This document shows positions 28,560-37,533 of a stretch of 64,000 nt of DNA, piece after piece (the stretch's first letter is position 1; each line of letters starts with the position of its first letter). The stretch comes from Candidatus Omnitrophota bacterium. GTDB taxonomy: Bacteria; Omnitrophota; Gorgyraeia; Duberdicusellales; 4484-171. The position numbers were made by a program, and so were the translations under genes. The notes beneath the pieces were generated by a model. The model was not told the DNA's origin, did no database searches, and saw only the letters and a program-made list of their open reading frames with translations. The DNA is taken from positions 256,001 through 320,000 of the forward strand of contig JAIPGM010000002.1 in assembly GCA_021735655.1 (NCBI GenBank). Direction: 5' to 3'.

Positions 28560-30056
28560 CTAGAAAAAGAGATCTCTTTCGCCTTCTTTAATCCTTCGAT
28601 AATAACTCATGAATTGGTCAAAAACCTGAGGGATGTTTTTGCGGACTTCCTCTATTTCTTTCGTGATTACTTTCTCAGCTATATTTTTAGTTTCCTCGCT
28701 GGCAAAATCATCTAACCATTCACGAAAAGTTAAAACAGCATTTAATTTACAAAATTTACCTTCTTGACCAGTTTTAAGTAACTCCATAATGCATTCACCC
28801 GTTCTGCCGCAGCGATAACCAGCAGTACAAAAAGAACTGATTACCCCCATTGAGGCAAACTCTCTAATCATCTCATCTAGGCTACGAGTATCAGCCAAAA
28901 TAAATTGCTGTCGGGGGCTGTCTTGAGTTTTACTCTGATCGCTGTATGAACCAATTCCTATTTTGGTAGAAGCATCAGTTTGAGTTATTCCTAGCCTGAT
29001 TGAATCTCTCTTCATCTGAGGGGTTTCCCGACAAGTAATAATTAGACCAGTATGAGGCACAGCCAGTCTAAGCACAGTAATTAACTTTTTAAACTGCTGA
29101 TCCGAAACCTTATATTTTAAATTATCATTAAAAGGCGTGTTTTCTGCCGGTTCAAGGCGTGGAAAAGATATCGTATGAGCTCCGACACCAAATTTATCCT
29201 CTAATTCACGATTATGCGCAACCAAGCTCATTAGCTCAAACTTCCAATCGTAAAGCCCAAATAAAACACCCAAGCCAACATCATCAACCCCAGCCTCAAA
29301 GGCACGATGCATCGCATAAAGTCGCCAGAAGTAATTTCCTTTTATTGTAGTTGGCGGATGAATAGTTTTATAGGTGGTCTTATGGTAAGTCTCTTGGAAA
29401 ACTTGATAGGTACCAATTCCGACATCTTTTAGACGACCCAATTCCTCTATCGATAAGGGCGGAGCATTCACATTTACCCGACGAATCTGACCAACGCCAT
29501 TTTTGGTTTTCTCCCGAACATTATAAATAGTACGAATTGAATCAACCATGTAATTTATATCATTCGAAGGATGCTCTCCATAAACGACAATTAAACGTTT
29601 ATGACCAATCTTACCAGCCAAAACAGCGGTTTCCTTCTCAACCTGCTTTAAGCTTAAGACTCGGCGTTCACTCTTTGTGTTAGATCGTCTGAAACCACAA
29701 TAAAGACAATCATTAACACAATAATTCCCAAGATAAAGCGGAGCAAAGGTGACGATTCGATTGTCATAAACCTTTCGCTTCACCCTTAAGGCGCATTCCT
29801 TCATCAATTCTAATGTTTTAGAATCAGTTACCCTTAAAAGGGTTGCCGTCTCATCAAGAGTTAAAGTTTTAATCGCTAAGGATTTATTTAAAATGTCTTC
29901 GACTTCTTTGGAATCAGGCTCCTGAGTGCATGATAATTTCGTAAAGATTTCTTTCTGAGGAATAAAATCCTTACCCTCAATCATATAACGCTCAATTTGG
30001 TCGCGCTTTATACGTTGAGACTCCCAACTCTGAAATTTATTAGTCTTAATTAACAT
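28560..30056 (-). CDS. hydG: HydG-family radical SAM tyrosine lyase ([FeFe]-hydrogenase maturase homolog)
   Basis: A 498-aa ORF with the motif CVNDCLYC (Cx3Cx2C) inside FAPLYLGNYCVNDCLYCGFR. Further HydG-diagnostic blocks are GHKRLIVVYGEHP, RRVNVNAPP, GIGTYQVFQETYH, DDVGLGVLFGLYDWKFE and FGVGAHTISFPRLEPA. The C-terminal auxiliary-cluster region FCTAGYRCGRTGEC...(x)...C aligns with the HydG CxxCx22C motif CTACYR-GRTG...C. The second Cys is replaced by Gly, and extra Cys residues sit at +6 and +12. Confidence 0.8.
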   Translation of the reverse strand: MLIKTNKFQSWESQRIKRDQIERYMIEGKDFIPQKEIFTKLSCTQEPDSKEVEDILNKSLAIKTLTLDETATLLRVTDSKTLELMKECALRVKRKVYDNRIVTFAPLYLGNYCVNDCLYCGFRRSNTKSERRVLSLKQVEKETAVLAGKIGHKRLIVVYGEHPSNDINYMVDSIRTIYNVREKTKNGVGQIRRVNVNAPPLSIEELGRLKDVGIGTYQVFQETYHKTTYKTIHPPTTIKGNYFWRLYAMHRAFEAGVDDVGLGVLFGLYDWKFELMSLVAHNRELEDKFGVGAHTISFPRLEPAENTPFNDNLKYKVSDQQFKKLITVLRLAVPHTGLIITCRETPQMKRDSIRLGITQTDASTKIGIGSYSDQSKTQDSPRQQFILADTRSLDEMIREFASMGVISSFCTAGYRCGRTGECIMELLKTGQEGKFCKLNAVLTFREWLDDFASEETKNIAEKVITKEIEEVRKNIPQVFDQFMSYYRRIKEGERDLFF

Positions 30057-30698
30057 CTAACTTCCCTGCTTTACAAAAAATATTAAACTCTCTAACTCAC
30101 AAGCCATATCAACGTTAGAAACAAATATATTATCAGGAACTTTCAAGGCAATTGGAGCGAAGTTAAGTATTCCCTTAATATTTGAATCGATTAACTGGTT
30201 AGCTATGTCTTGAGCTACTTCAGGCGGCGTAGCTATTATTGCTATTTTTATTCCATCTTTTTTAATCATTTCACTCAAATTATCAATAGCCTGAACTACG
30301 ATACCTTTTTTTGTTTTACCAATCTTTTTCTGATCATTATCAAAAATTGCAGTAATTTTTATATTAAACTTTGAAAAACCATCGAACCCCAACAAGGCCC
30401 CACCGACTCTACCTAGGCCTACCAAAGCAATATTCCAATCAATATGGGTTCCGACTATTTTTTGGATTTGTCCAATTAAAAAATCTACGTTATAGCCCAC
30501 ACCGCGCTTGCCAAATTCACCAAAATAAGACAAATCCTTTCTAAACTGAGACGGAGTTACGTTTAAAAACTTAGTTATTTTATCCGAAGAAATAACTTCA
30601 ACTCCCTGCTTTTTTATTTTTCGTAAGTTACGTAAATACAGAGTAAGCCTTCTGATCGTTTCCAAAGAAAAATGTTTCTTGTCTTTACTGTTTTTCAT
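30057..30698 (-). CDS. rex: Redox-sensing transcriptional repressor Rex
   Basis: A 213-aa ORF with a winged helix (ITKFLNVTPSQFRKDLSYFGEFGKRGVGYNV) and an NADH-binding Rossmann fold (IALVGLGRVGGALLGF). Confidence 0.85.
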   Translation of the reverse strand: MKNSKDKKHFSLETIRRLTLYLRNLRKIKKQGVEVISSDKITKFLNVTPSQFRKDLSYFGEFGKRGVGYNVDFLIGQIQKIVGTHIDWNIALVGLGRVGGALLGFDGFSKFNIKITAIFDNDQKKIGKTKKGIVVQAIDNLSEMIKKDGIKIAIIATPPEVAQDIANQLIDSNIKGILNFAPIALKVPDNIFVSNVDMACELESLIFFVKQGS

Positions 30699-32016
30699 CA
30701 GATACTCTAGTATCCCGAGCTATACCTAAATCGGTAGGCGCCCGGCCTAAAGATTTAAGTAAATTAATAGTCTCAGTAATCTGATCATTAATCTCCGCTT
30801 CGCCATAGGCCTTATTAGGATAAATTGCATAATACTTTCGATATTTACGCGGAGTTAAATTGAGCATTACCGAATTTCCACCCGAAGACAATCCTTTCTT
30901 GCGTGCCTCTAAAGATAAGGTCTCAAAGGCTGTGGTTATAAGAATTTTAGCCGCTTCTGGATCGATTAAACGAGCCAAAGCAAGGTTTTTTAAAACTTCT
31001 TCTTCAGAAGGAGCTTTGCAATTGGCCAAGAGACTATTCGGGTGAGGCAAAAATGGCCCAAATGAGTACATCTCAGAGCCCAAAGCCTTAGTTAGATAAA
31101 TATCATTTATCGTATCTTGATTAGTTTGACCAGGCAAACCAATCAAGGCACCAGTCATAACTAAATACCCTAATTCATGGGCTTTTTTTAGATGATCCAG
31201 GCGACTATCTAAAGTTTGGCCAGGATGTAATTTCTCATAGATTTTAGGATTTGAAGTTTCAAAACGCATCAACAATGCTCTTGCCCCAGCCTGATAAAGC
31301 TTAAGCAATCCATCAAGCCCGACTTCACCAAAGCTTATACAAATCAAAACTGGAACCGTTTCTTTAATTTTTCTTATAATTTCCGCTAGATCATCTATGC
31401 TATAGTGTGGGTCTTCTCCCGATTGCAAAACTAAAGCCTGGAAACCATACTCTTTAACGGCACCAACTGCCGTCTCAATGATTTCCGCCGCTGACATTCG
31501 ATAACGCATAAGATTCTGGTTGTCAGCTGAAATACCACAATATTGACAACTCTGCTTACAAAAATTAGATATTTCGATTATCCCATGAATACAACATGAA
31601 TTTTTATGGTACTTTTGACGCAAAAAGTTAGCGGTTCGATAAAGAATATCTTGAGCCTCAGGCTTATCTAACTTAAGTAAATAAAATAACTCTTCTTTAC
31701 TCAATTGAATATTTTCTAAAGCTTTATCTAAAATAAGACTTAGCTGCCTGTCGATATTTTTTTTGCTAAGATCCAAGCGAGACAATCGTAAGTCCATATC
31801 CTGAAGTTCGAAAAAAAGCTCATTCCAAGCTGCCAAGGTCTCCTCAGCCTCCTTTGGGGAAACTTTTTTAATTACAAACCCGCCTTGAGCCGACACATAA
31901 TCACCGGGTTTGATATCATAAAACTCATTGATTGCTTTTTTTTCTTCACCAAAGTAATCAACCAGAACGGTTTTCCCAACTATTTCTTTTACCTTGCCAG
32001 GTATTGCATAACACAT
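30685..32016 (-). CDS. HypC/HupF-like domain fused to a HydE-family radical SAM enzyme
   Basis: The N-terminal ~75 aa begin MCYAIPGKVKEIVGK...GDYVSAQGGFVI...EAEETLAAWNELF, which carries the HypC signature (MC-x-IP, essential Cys2). The start is taken as the second Met so that Cys is residue 2. The remainder is a radical SAM with CKQSCQYC and HydE-like blocks (IIEISNFC, YRMSAAEI, LVLQSGEDP, GLPGQT, GPFLPHP, YAIYPNK). Confidence 0.8.
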   Translation of the reverse strand: MCYAIPGKVKEIVGKTVLVDYFGEEKKAINEFYDIKPGDYVSAQGGFVIKKVSPKEAEETLAAWNELFFELQDMDLRLSRLDLSKKNIDRQLSLILDKALENIQLSKEELFYLLKLDKPEAQDILYRTANFLRQKYHKNSCCIHGIIEISNFCKQSCQYCGISADNQNLMRYRMSAAEIIETAVGAVKEYGFQALVLQSGEDPHYSIDDLAEIIRKIKETVPVLICISFGEVGLDGLLKLYQAGARALLMRFETSNPKIYEKLHPGQTLDSRLDHLKKAHELGYLVMTGALIGLPGQTNQDTINDIYLTKALGSEMYSFGPFLPHPNSLLANCKAPSEEEVLKNLALARLIDPEAAKILITTAFETLSLEARKKGLSSGGNSVMLNLTPRKYRKYYAIYPNKAYGEAEINDQITETINLLKSLGRAPTDLGIARDTRVSDEKQ

Positions 32017-32030
32017 AACAAACTCCAATT

Positions 32031-32273
32031 TTACTCTACATCAAACGATAGCACCTGTATCACTGTTCCCGGGAAAAAAGTTAGCTCTAGCTCAGCCTTA
32101 GCACAAGGAGTCCCCTCAGCTAAAATTTTAAAGGTTTCTCTAAATGAATCCTCCTTGATCCCGTTCAGCTCACCGATTTTTATATGTATCTTAGACACTA
32201 CCTTTGAGCCTTCTTTTTCAGCGTGTTCACAAATTCCTTTAATCAATGGTTTTATGATATGGGTTTCGTGCAT
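32031..32273 (-). CDS. hypA: HypA-like nickel metallochaperone lacking the zinc-finger domain
   Basis: An 80-aa ORF starting with MHE, the HypA Ni-binding N-terminus, and ending in the HypA-like VIQVLSFDVE. The two CxxC pairs of canonical ~113-aa HypA are absent. Confidence 0.55.
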   Translation of the reverse strand: MHETHIIKPLIKGICEHAEKEGSKVVSKIHIKIGELNGIKEDSFRETFKILAEGTPCAKAELELTFFPGTVIQVLSFDVE

Positions 32274-32728
32274 GTTTTTACCTCAATAATTAAATTAGTT
32301 AATTCCTTTAATGTTTTAGCAACACTTTGTGAAATCTCATCACCAAACTCAAGAGTTTTCGGTTGCACCCCTAAAAGAAAAATATCAGCTTCGGTTTCTT
32401 TACCCAAAAAATCTAAAAACATCCTTGGTGATAAATCATGAGTAGTGAATCCCGATTTCACGATATCTTCCTTAACTAAAATCTCATAATCTCCTGGCTC
32501 TTTACCAAGATCAACAACATCAACTATTAAAATCGTATTTGGACGTTCTTTGGTTATTTTGCCAATATAGTTTTCTGGTGCTGAACCAACATCAATACAG
32601 GTTGCATCCACTTTCTGGTAAACAGTCTCAATGAACTTAGGACCGAAAGCATCGTCACCACGCATAATATTTCCTACCCCAACGATAACGACTTTCCCTT
32701 TAAAAACATTCCGAAAAATATTATTCAT
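32252..32728 (-). CDS. hycI: Hydrogenase maturation endopeptidase (HycI-type)
   Basis: A 158-aa ORF with VVIVGVGNIMRGDDAFGP and a conserved His/Asp pattern. Its short length fits the HycI subtype that serves group-4 hydrogenases. Confidence 0.8.
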   Translation of the reverse strand: MNNIFRNVFKGKVVIVGVGNIMRGDDAFGPKFIETVYQKVDATCIDVGSAPENYIGKITKERPNTILIVDVVDLGKEPGDYEILVKEDIVKSGFTTHDLSPRMFLDFLGKETEADIFLLGVQPKTLEFGDEISQSVAKTLKELTNLIIEVKTCTKPIS

Positions 32729-32768
32729 AGTGTAAAATAAAATTTAAATGAAACTGTCTTAGTTGATA

Positions 32769-33380
32769 TTACTCAGCAGTAAGGGTGGTTTCACGTCGAC
32801 AGCGGGCGCATAGAATCTTAACTCGATCAGAACGCCCATCATCCCTTAAAGCTGAAACAATATTTTCATCTACAATACCAAGACTTTTAAGATGGGAAAG
32901 ATAAAGCGTAGGACTTGAGTAGGTAAGCTCACCTAATTTTTGAGAAATCCATTTAAGGTGATCTTTGCAGGCTATTACATCGCCGCAAACTTCACAAAGT
33001 TGTAGTTCTTTTTCTATTTGTTCTTGGGCTTGAGCGCGGTCAAAAAATGATAACTCCCAATCAGTAGATAACTTAATACCTTGCTTATCAGCCAAACAGG
33101 CTGCTTCACACTGTCCACAAAAAATACAAGTATCAGTATAATGAATCATCAGCCGCTTAGGATCATCTTTATTTTCAGTAATATCCTTATGAGAAATCGC
33201 TTCAACTGGGCAAACCTCTTCACAACCGCAACAACCAACACATTTTTGATCATTAAACTTCGGCTGACCGCGAAAGTTAGGATGAGCCACATGGGCCTCT
33301 TTAGGGAACTTTGACGTGTAAGGCCCCTTAATCAATGCCTTGATTGCTTCAACCAACTCTCTTAATTTTGGCAACTTCAT
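32769..33380 (-). CDS. 2x[4Fe-4S] ferredoxin subunit of group-4 hydrogenase (NuoI/HycF/MbhN-like) with a Cys-rich C-terminal extension
   Basis: CVGCCGCEEVCP and CIFCGQCEAAC are followed by a ~90-aa tail containing CEVCG...C and CARC. Confidence 0.8.
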   Translation of the reverse strand: MKLPKLRELVEAIKALIKGPYTSKFPKEAHVAHPNFRGQPKFNDQKCVGCCGCEEVCPVEAISHKDITENKDDPKRLMIHYTDTCIFCGQCEAACLADKQGIKLSTDWELSFFDRAQAQEQIEKELQLCEVCGDVIACKDHLKWISQKLGELTYSSPTLYLSHLKSLGIVDENIVSALRDDGRSDRVKILCARCRRETTLTAE

Positions 33381-33391
33381 AAATTTATCTT

Positions 33392-33474
33392 AAAAAAGAA
33401 GCGTAAAACGTAGTCTAGACTCAATATTCTTGAATCACCCGTGGCTAAAACTTTTCGTCTACGTTTACGCTTCT
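33392..33474 (-). terminator. Large hairpin + U6 between mrpG and the NuoI-like ferredoxin gene (intra-operon terminator/attenuator candidate)
   Basis: In the minus-strand RNA, GAAGCGUAAACGUAG, then ~45 nt, then CUACGUUUUACGCUUC, followed by UUUUUU. This is a ~15-bp stem with one bulge. The 5' arm overlaps the last codons of mrpG, and the downstream ferredoxin gene has no SD. Confidence 0.4.
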
Positions 33475-33803
33475 CCTTCCTTATCCTCTTTATATTTATC
33501 AATTACACTACCTTCCCAAAGTTTAACCCCGGCCCGATGGGCTCCTCTGGCTACAGCATGGGCAGCTACCGGCGAGGTTAACAAAAGAAAAACCGCACAA
33601 AGAAGCGCCTTAAAGCCCGCGGCAATAAAGCCAACAATTAAAAATGTTCCAAAAAGAATACTACAAGTTCCTAAAGTAACACACTTGGTGGCTGCTTGAA
33701 GACGATTATATACATCCGGAAGTCTTACCAAACCTAAGCAACCAACTATATCAAAAGCTAACCCACCGGAAATGAATATCAAACCAATAATATCACTCAT
33801 CAA
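33465..33803 (-). CDS. Mrp-type cation/H+ antiporter subunit G-like hydrogenase membrane subunit
   Basis: A 112-aa ORF with 3 TM helices and an MnhG/PhaG-like pattern. Confidence 0.75.
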   Translation of the reverse strand: MMSDIIGLIFISGGLAFDIVGCLGLVRLPDVYNRLQAATKCVTLGTCSILFGTFLIVGFIAAGFKALLCAVFLLLTSPVAAHAVARGAHRAGVKLWEGSVIDKYKEDKEGEA

Positions 33804-34188
33804 ACCCTCTTCCCTCTAAATATTTCGAAAGAGCTAAGGTGCTAATAAAACTTTGAAGCGCCCAAGCAATTCCAATATCCAGATACCAAGATCTTCCAGT
33901 CGAAATAGTTAAAACTGCACAAAGCCCCACAATCATAATCCCTAAAATATCAATCGCTACAATTCTGTCGGCTCCGGTAGGACCTTTAGCAATACGATAA
34001 AGCGCCAGTACACATCCTAGAATTAGAATGTAAAGTGCCCTCCCAACAAGACCACTATAGACGAGATTTTCAGGAAAAAGAAAACCAAAAGGCCTAAAAA
34101 TAATTAAGCCTAAAACAATACTAAGGGTAGTTGCTCCAAACAGCCAATTTAACATCTTTTTGCTTTCAGCTTTTTTCTTTTTAGCCAT
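33793..34188 (-). CDS. Mrp subunit F-like
   Basis: GPTGADRIVAIDIL is a MnhF hallmark. Confidence 0.75.
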   Translation of the reverse strand: MAKKKKAESKKMLNWLFGATTLSIVLGLIIFRPFGFLFPENLVYSGLVGRALYILILGCVLALYRIAKGPTGADRIVAIDILGIMIVGLCAVLTISTGRSWYLDIGIAWALQSFISTLALSKYLEGRGFDE

Positions 34189-34193
34189 AGTAA

Positions 34194-34691
34194 TTATTCA
34201 AATATTTTTCTTAATATTTTCTCAAACCGCTCAATAATAACTTTGGTAGCAGCTTCAGTCTGAGTTTCCTTCACGTCAATCCAATGTACATATAAAACAC
34301 CATCATCCTTGTCAATATCTACAGTTAAAGTTCCTGGAGTAAGTGTTATTGAATTCGCTAAAAATGTAAGCGCTGTATCTGTCTTAAGCGTAGTTTTCAC
34401 CTTAACAATGCCAGGTTTTATCGGTAAATTAGGATGTAGAATCCTGTAGGCAACATCAATATTTGCTTTAAAACACTCCCATAGAAATCTCGGAAGATAA
34501 TAAACAAAAAAATACCAGTATCTCAAAGGGTGCTTAAGGACATGAGGACGTTTTACAAACAAATCTCCGGTTAAAAAAGCACAAAGAGCGGCTGCGAATA
34601 CACCAATAGCTAGATGCTGCCAATCCGGTACCCAGTTCAATAAGCACCATACAACAAAGGCAACTAAAAATAAAACTATTTTTCTTTTCAT
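34194..34691 (-). CDS. Mrp subunit E-like
   Basis: The SITLTPGTL motif and two N-terminal TM helices. Confidence 0.75.
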   Translation of the reverse strand: MKRKIVLFLVAFVVWCLLNWVPDWQHLAIGVFAAALCAFLTGDLFVKRPHVLKHPLRYWYFFVYYLPRFLWECFKANIDVAYRILHPNLPIKPGIVKVKTTLKTDTALTFLANSITLTPGTLTVDIDKDDGVLYVHWIDVKETQTEAATKVIIERFEKILRKIFE

Positions 34692-36187
34692 TGGACTGCT
34701 CTGATAATATTTATTGTGTAGTTTTTTGTGCCAAGCAAAACCCCAGAGGCTTTAAGCAGGAATTGTTCTCTTATCCCCGGAAAAAATAAAAACCCACCTA
34801 AAAGGCAAACTAAAACTAAGATAATCATCGAAGCCTTCATGAAAGCAGGCACTTCAGTAATATTTTCCCACTGTTTCCTAAGATTTCCAAAAAATGCATA
34901 CTTCATAACCTTGGTAAAAGAAGCAAGGGTCAAAATACTAGCCAACACTGCCCAAAAACCATACCAATACTGGTTGGCCTGAACACAAGCAATAATAATA
35001 ATTAACTTGCTCCAAAAACCATTAAACGGCGGAATTCCAGCGATTGACATAGAAGCTCCAAAAGCAGTAGCTGAGGTAACTGGCATTCTTTGACTTAATC
35101 CCCCCATTTTTTTTAAATCTCTGGTTCCGGTTGTGTATTCAACAGCACCAGAATTTAAAAAAAGAAGAGATTTGAATATTGAGTGATTGAACAAATGGAA
35201 TAAGCCTCCGATTATACCTAAAGGAGTGCCCAAACCTATCCCCAAAATAACATAACCAATCTGGCTTATTGAATGATAGGCAAGCAAACGTTTCAAATCC
35301 CACTGTCCGATAGCCAAAAATACACCAACCACCATTGAGAGCGCACCGAGCGCCATCAAAATCATTGAAAGCTGACTATTCACACCTAAAATATTAAAGA
35401 ATATACGGCAAAGAGTGTATACTCCTAATGATTTAATCAATACCCCAGAAAGCATAGCTGATATTGGAGCTGGTGCTGAAGGATGAGCATCAGGAAGCCA
35501 GGCATGAAACGGCACCAAAGCTGCTTTTAAACCAAAACCCATAAGAAACAATACACTTACTAATATTAAAACATTTGGGCAGTCGGCTTGAGACAAAACT
35601 AAACCCATATCAGCCATATTTAGGGTTGAAGTGCAACTATATAGAAATACAATACCTAAAAGAATAAATAATGACCCTACGGTACTCATCAGGGCATATT
35701 TAAAGGCGGCTTCAAGCTCATGGCGTTCAGTTCCAAAAGCAACCAGAGCATAACTAGCAACAGAGGCAATCTCTAAAAAAACAAAAAGGTTAAATATGTC
35801 GCCAGTTATCAAAACCCCGTTCATCCCTCCCAACATCAATAGAAATAAGGTGTAAAATTTCCATTTAGCGGTGAACTTTTCCATGTAGTTAATTGAAAAA
35901 AGAGCTACACAAAAAGCAACTAAATTAACCGTAACTAACATAAAACTAGTTAGACCGTCTAAGACAAAAGTTATCCCGATTGGCGGCTTCCAAGATCCAG
36001 CAGCATAAACCAACACTCCATGCTCAGCCACAAGTTTTACACTGTAAAGCGACAAAAATAAAAGAGCTGTTGTGCATAAATTACCAATTAAATCCGGCAG
36101 CCATTTACTTTTTTTACCAAACAAAACAGTTAAAAAGGCACCCGAAAGACAAACTACAACAAAAATTGGTATAATATTAGAACTCAT
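34688..36187 (-). CDS. Mrp subunit D / NuoN-like proton-pumping membrane subunit (second copy)
   Basis: A 499-aa ORF with ~14 TM helices and the NuoL/M/N family core. Confidence 0.8.
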   Translation of the reverse strand: MSSNIIPIFVVVCLSGAFLTVLFGKKSKWLPDLIGNLCTTALLFLSLYSVKLVAEHGVLVYAAGSWKPPIGITFVLDGLTSFMLVTVNLVAFCVALFSINYMEKFTAKWKFYTLFLLMLGGMNGVLITGDIFNLFVFLEIASVASYALVAFGTERHELEAAFKYALMSTVGSLFILLGIVFLYSCTSTLNMADMGLVLSQADCPNVLILVSVLFLMGFGLKAALVPFHAWLPDAHPSAPAPISAMLSGVLIKSLGVYTLCRIFFNILGVNSQLSMILMALGALSMVVGVFLAIGQWDLKRLLAYHSISQIGYVILGIGLGTPLGIIGGLFHLFNHSIFKSLLFLNSGAVEYTTGTRDLKKMGGLSQRMPVTSATAFGASMSIAGIPPFNGFWSKLIIIIACVQANQYWYGFWAVLASILTLASFTKVMKYAFFGNLRKQWENITEVPAFMKASMIILVLVCLLGGFLFFPGIREQFLLKASGVLLGTKNYTINIIRAVQ

Positions 36188-36189
36188 AT

Positions 36190-36525
36190 CTATCCCCGCA
36201 ACTCTCTAATTTTAGTAATATCAAATGTTTGATACTTTTCATAAATTCGCATAGCGATTGCAATAAGCAAAGCTGTTGATGCCAAACCAATAACAATTGA
36301 AGTCAAAACTACTGCCTGAGGTAAGGCATCGACCATATTATTAATTGTTGTGTCTGGTGAATATATCGGAGAACGCCCCTTTATCCGATAAGCAACTAAG
36401 ATAAATAAAAGATTTACTGCATATTCAGCGATGATAACACCAATAATAATCTTAATTATATTACGTTTACGTAAAATACAATAAAGACCAACACAAAAAA
36501 GCACCAAACAAAGCAAGTAGATCAT
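36190..36525 (-). CDS. Mrp subunit C / NuoK-like
   Basis: A 111-aa ORF with 3 TM helices and VDALPQAVVLTSIVIGLA. Confidence 0.8.
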   Translation of the reverse strand: MIYLLCLVLFCVGLYCILRKRNIIKIIIGVIIAEYAVNLLFILVAYRIKGRSPIYSPDTTINNMVDALPQAVVLTSIVIGLASTALLIAIAMRIYEKYQTFDITKIRELRG

Positions 36526-36977
36526 TTTCCTTCGGTTCCTCCATCAAATTTAAGCAAAGTAAGGGCAATAAATATAGCAAACAAACCGGCCCCGACCTTT
36601 AAACTAATTGCAATATTACAAAGTGGAATAATCCCAGCTGAAAAAAGTCTAAACGGCTCCCCCTTAGGAAGAAAGTTTAAAAAGAAATACCCACCAGTAA
36701 ACCCCAAAAGGGCAATTGCTAAAAACATTATTGCTCCAAAACCTTCAAAAAAAGAAATAGCTTTCTTAGGCATTCTTTTTAAAGCCGCGTCTTTACCATA
36801 AGCAAGCATTAAATGAATAAAGCTGAGTGCAATAATTACCCCTCCGGCAAATCCTCCACCGGGGGAAACATGACCATGAGAAAGAATATAAATACCAAAA
36901 AGAAGTATTATGCCCACGGTAAGACGAGTAATTGTCTTAACGATTACCGACATTCCCTTTTCATGCTCTTTGCTCAT
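36522..36977 (-). CDS. Mrp subunit B-like (MnhB domain)
   Basis: The HGHVSPGGGFAGG MnhB motif. Confidence 0.8.
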   Translation of the reverse strand: MSKEHEKGMSVIVKTITRLTVGIILLFGIYILSHGHVSPGGGFAGGVIIALSFIHLMLAYGKDAALKRMPKKAISFFEGFGAIMFLAIALLGFTGGYFFLNFLPKGEPFRLFSAGIIPLCNIAISLKVGAGLFAIFIALTLLKFDGGTEGK

Positions 36978-37526
36978 TTATTCATCCTCTGGGTCTACTT
37001 TCTCATTAATTTTTTTACGCCCGACCCTGCGCACTAGGGTTAAAACACCTATTACTGCGGTAAATAAAACTGTAGCTTCACCTAAGGTGTCATAGGCTCG
37101 ATAATCAAGAATAACTGAAGCAACAATATTAGTTGCTCCGGTCTTAGCTAAGCCTTGCTTAAGATAAGTATCGGCCACCCGCATAATTGGATAACCAAAA
37201 CGTGGCAAATCACCAATTGCCTTATAGGCTGCAAATAAAAATAAACTAACAAAGCCTAAAATAATTGAGGTATTAAGTAACCATCGACCACTAGTTGAAA
37301 AAGGTAAATCTTTTTTTAAAGTTGCCCGAATCAAAATGATTAAACATAATATCTCAACTACTAATTGAGTAATTGCAACATCGGGAGCTTTGAGAATAAT
37401 AAACGTTATCGAAAGCCCTAGCCCTACGGCACCGACGGCAATAACTGAGGAAAGCAGATCTTTAAGCTCAACGGCGACAATTGCCCCAACAATCATAAAA
37501 ATTAATAAAATATATAGCTCAAACAT
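36978..37526 (-). CDS. MnhB-related membrane subunit (MbhD/E-like)
   Basis: A 182-aa polytopic ORF resembling the N-terminal MrpB/DUF4040 portion. Confidence 0.55.
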   Translation of the reverse strand: MFELYILLIFMIVGAIVAVELKDLLSSVIAVGAVGLGLSITFIILKAPDVAITQLVVEILCLIILIRATLKKDLPFSTSGRWLLNTSIILGFVSLFLFAAYKAIGDLPRFGYPIMRVADTYLKQGLAKTGATNIVASVILDYRAYDTLGEATVLFTAVIGVLTLVRRVGRKKINEKVDPEDE

Positions 37527-37533
37527 ATTTAAG

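Noticed and set aside
28560-30056. The radical SAM tyrosine-lyase homolog as ThiH (thiamine biosynthesis) rather than HydG
   Set aside because: The 498-aa length, the C-terminal auxiliary-cluster region aligning to the HydG CxxCx22C motif, the multiple HydG-specific blocks, and the absence of thiG or thiS neighbours while hydE, hypA and hycI are adjacent.
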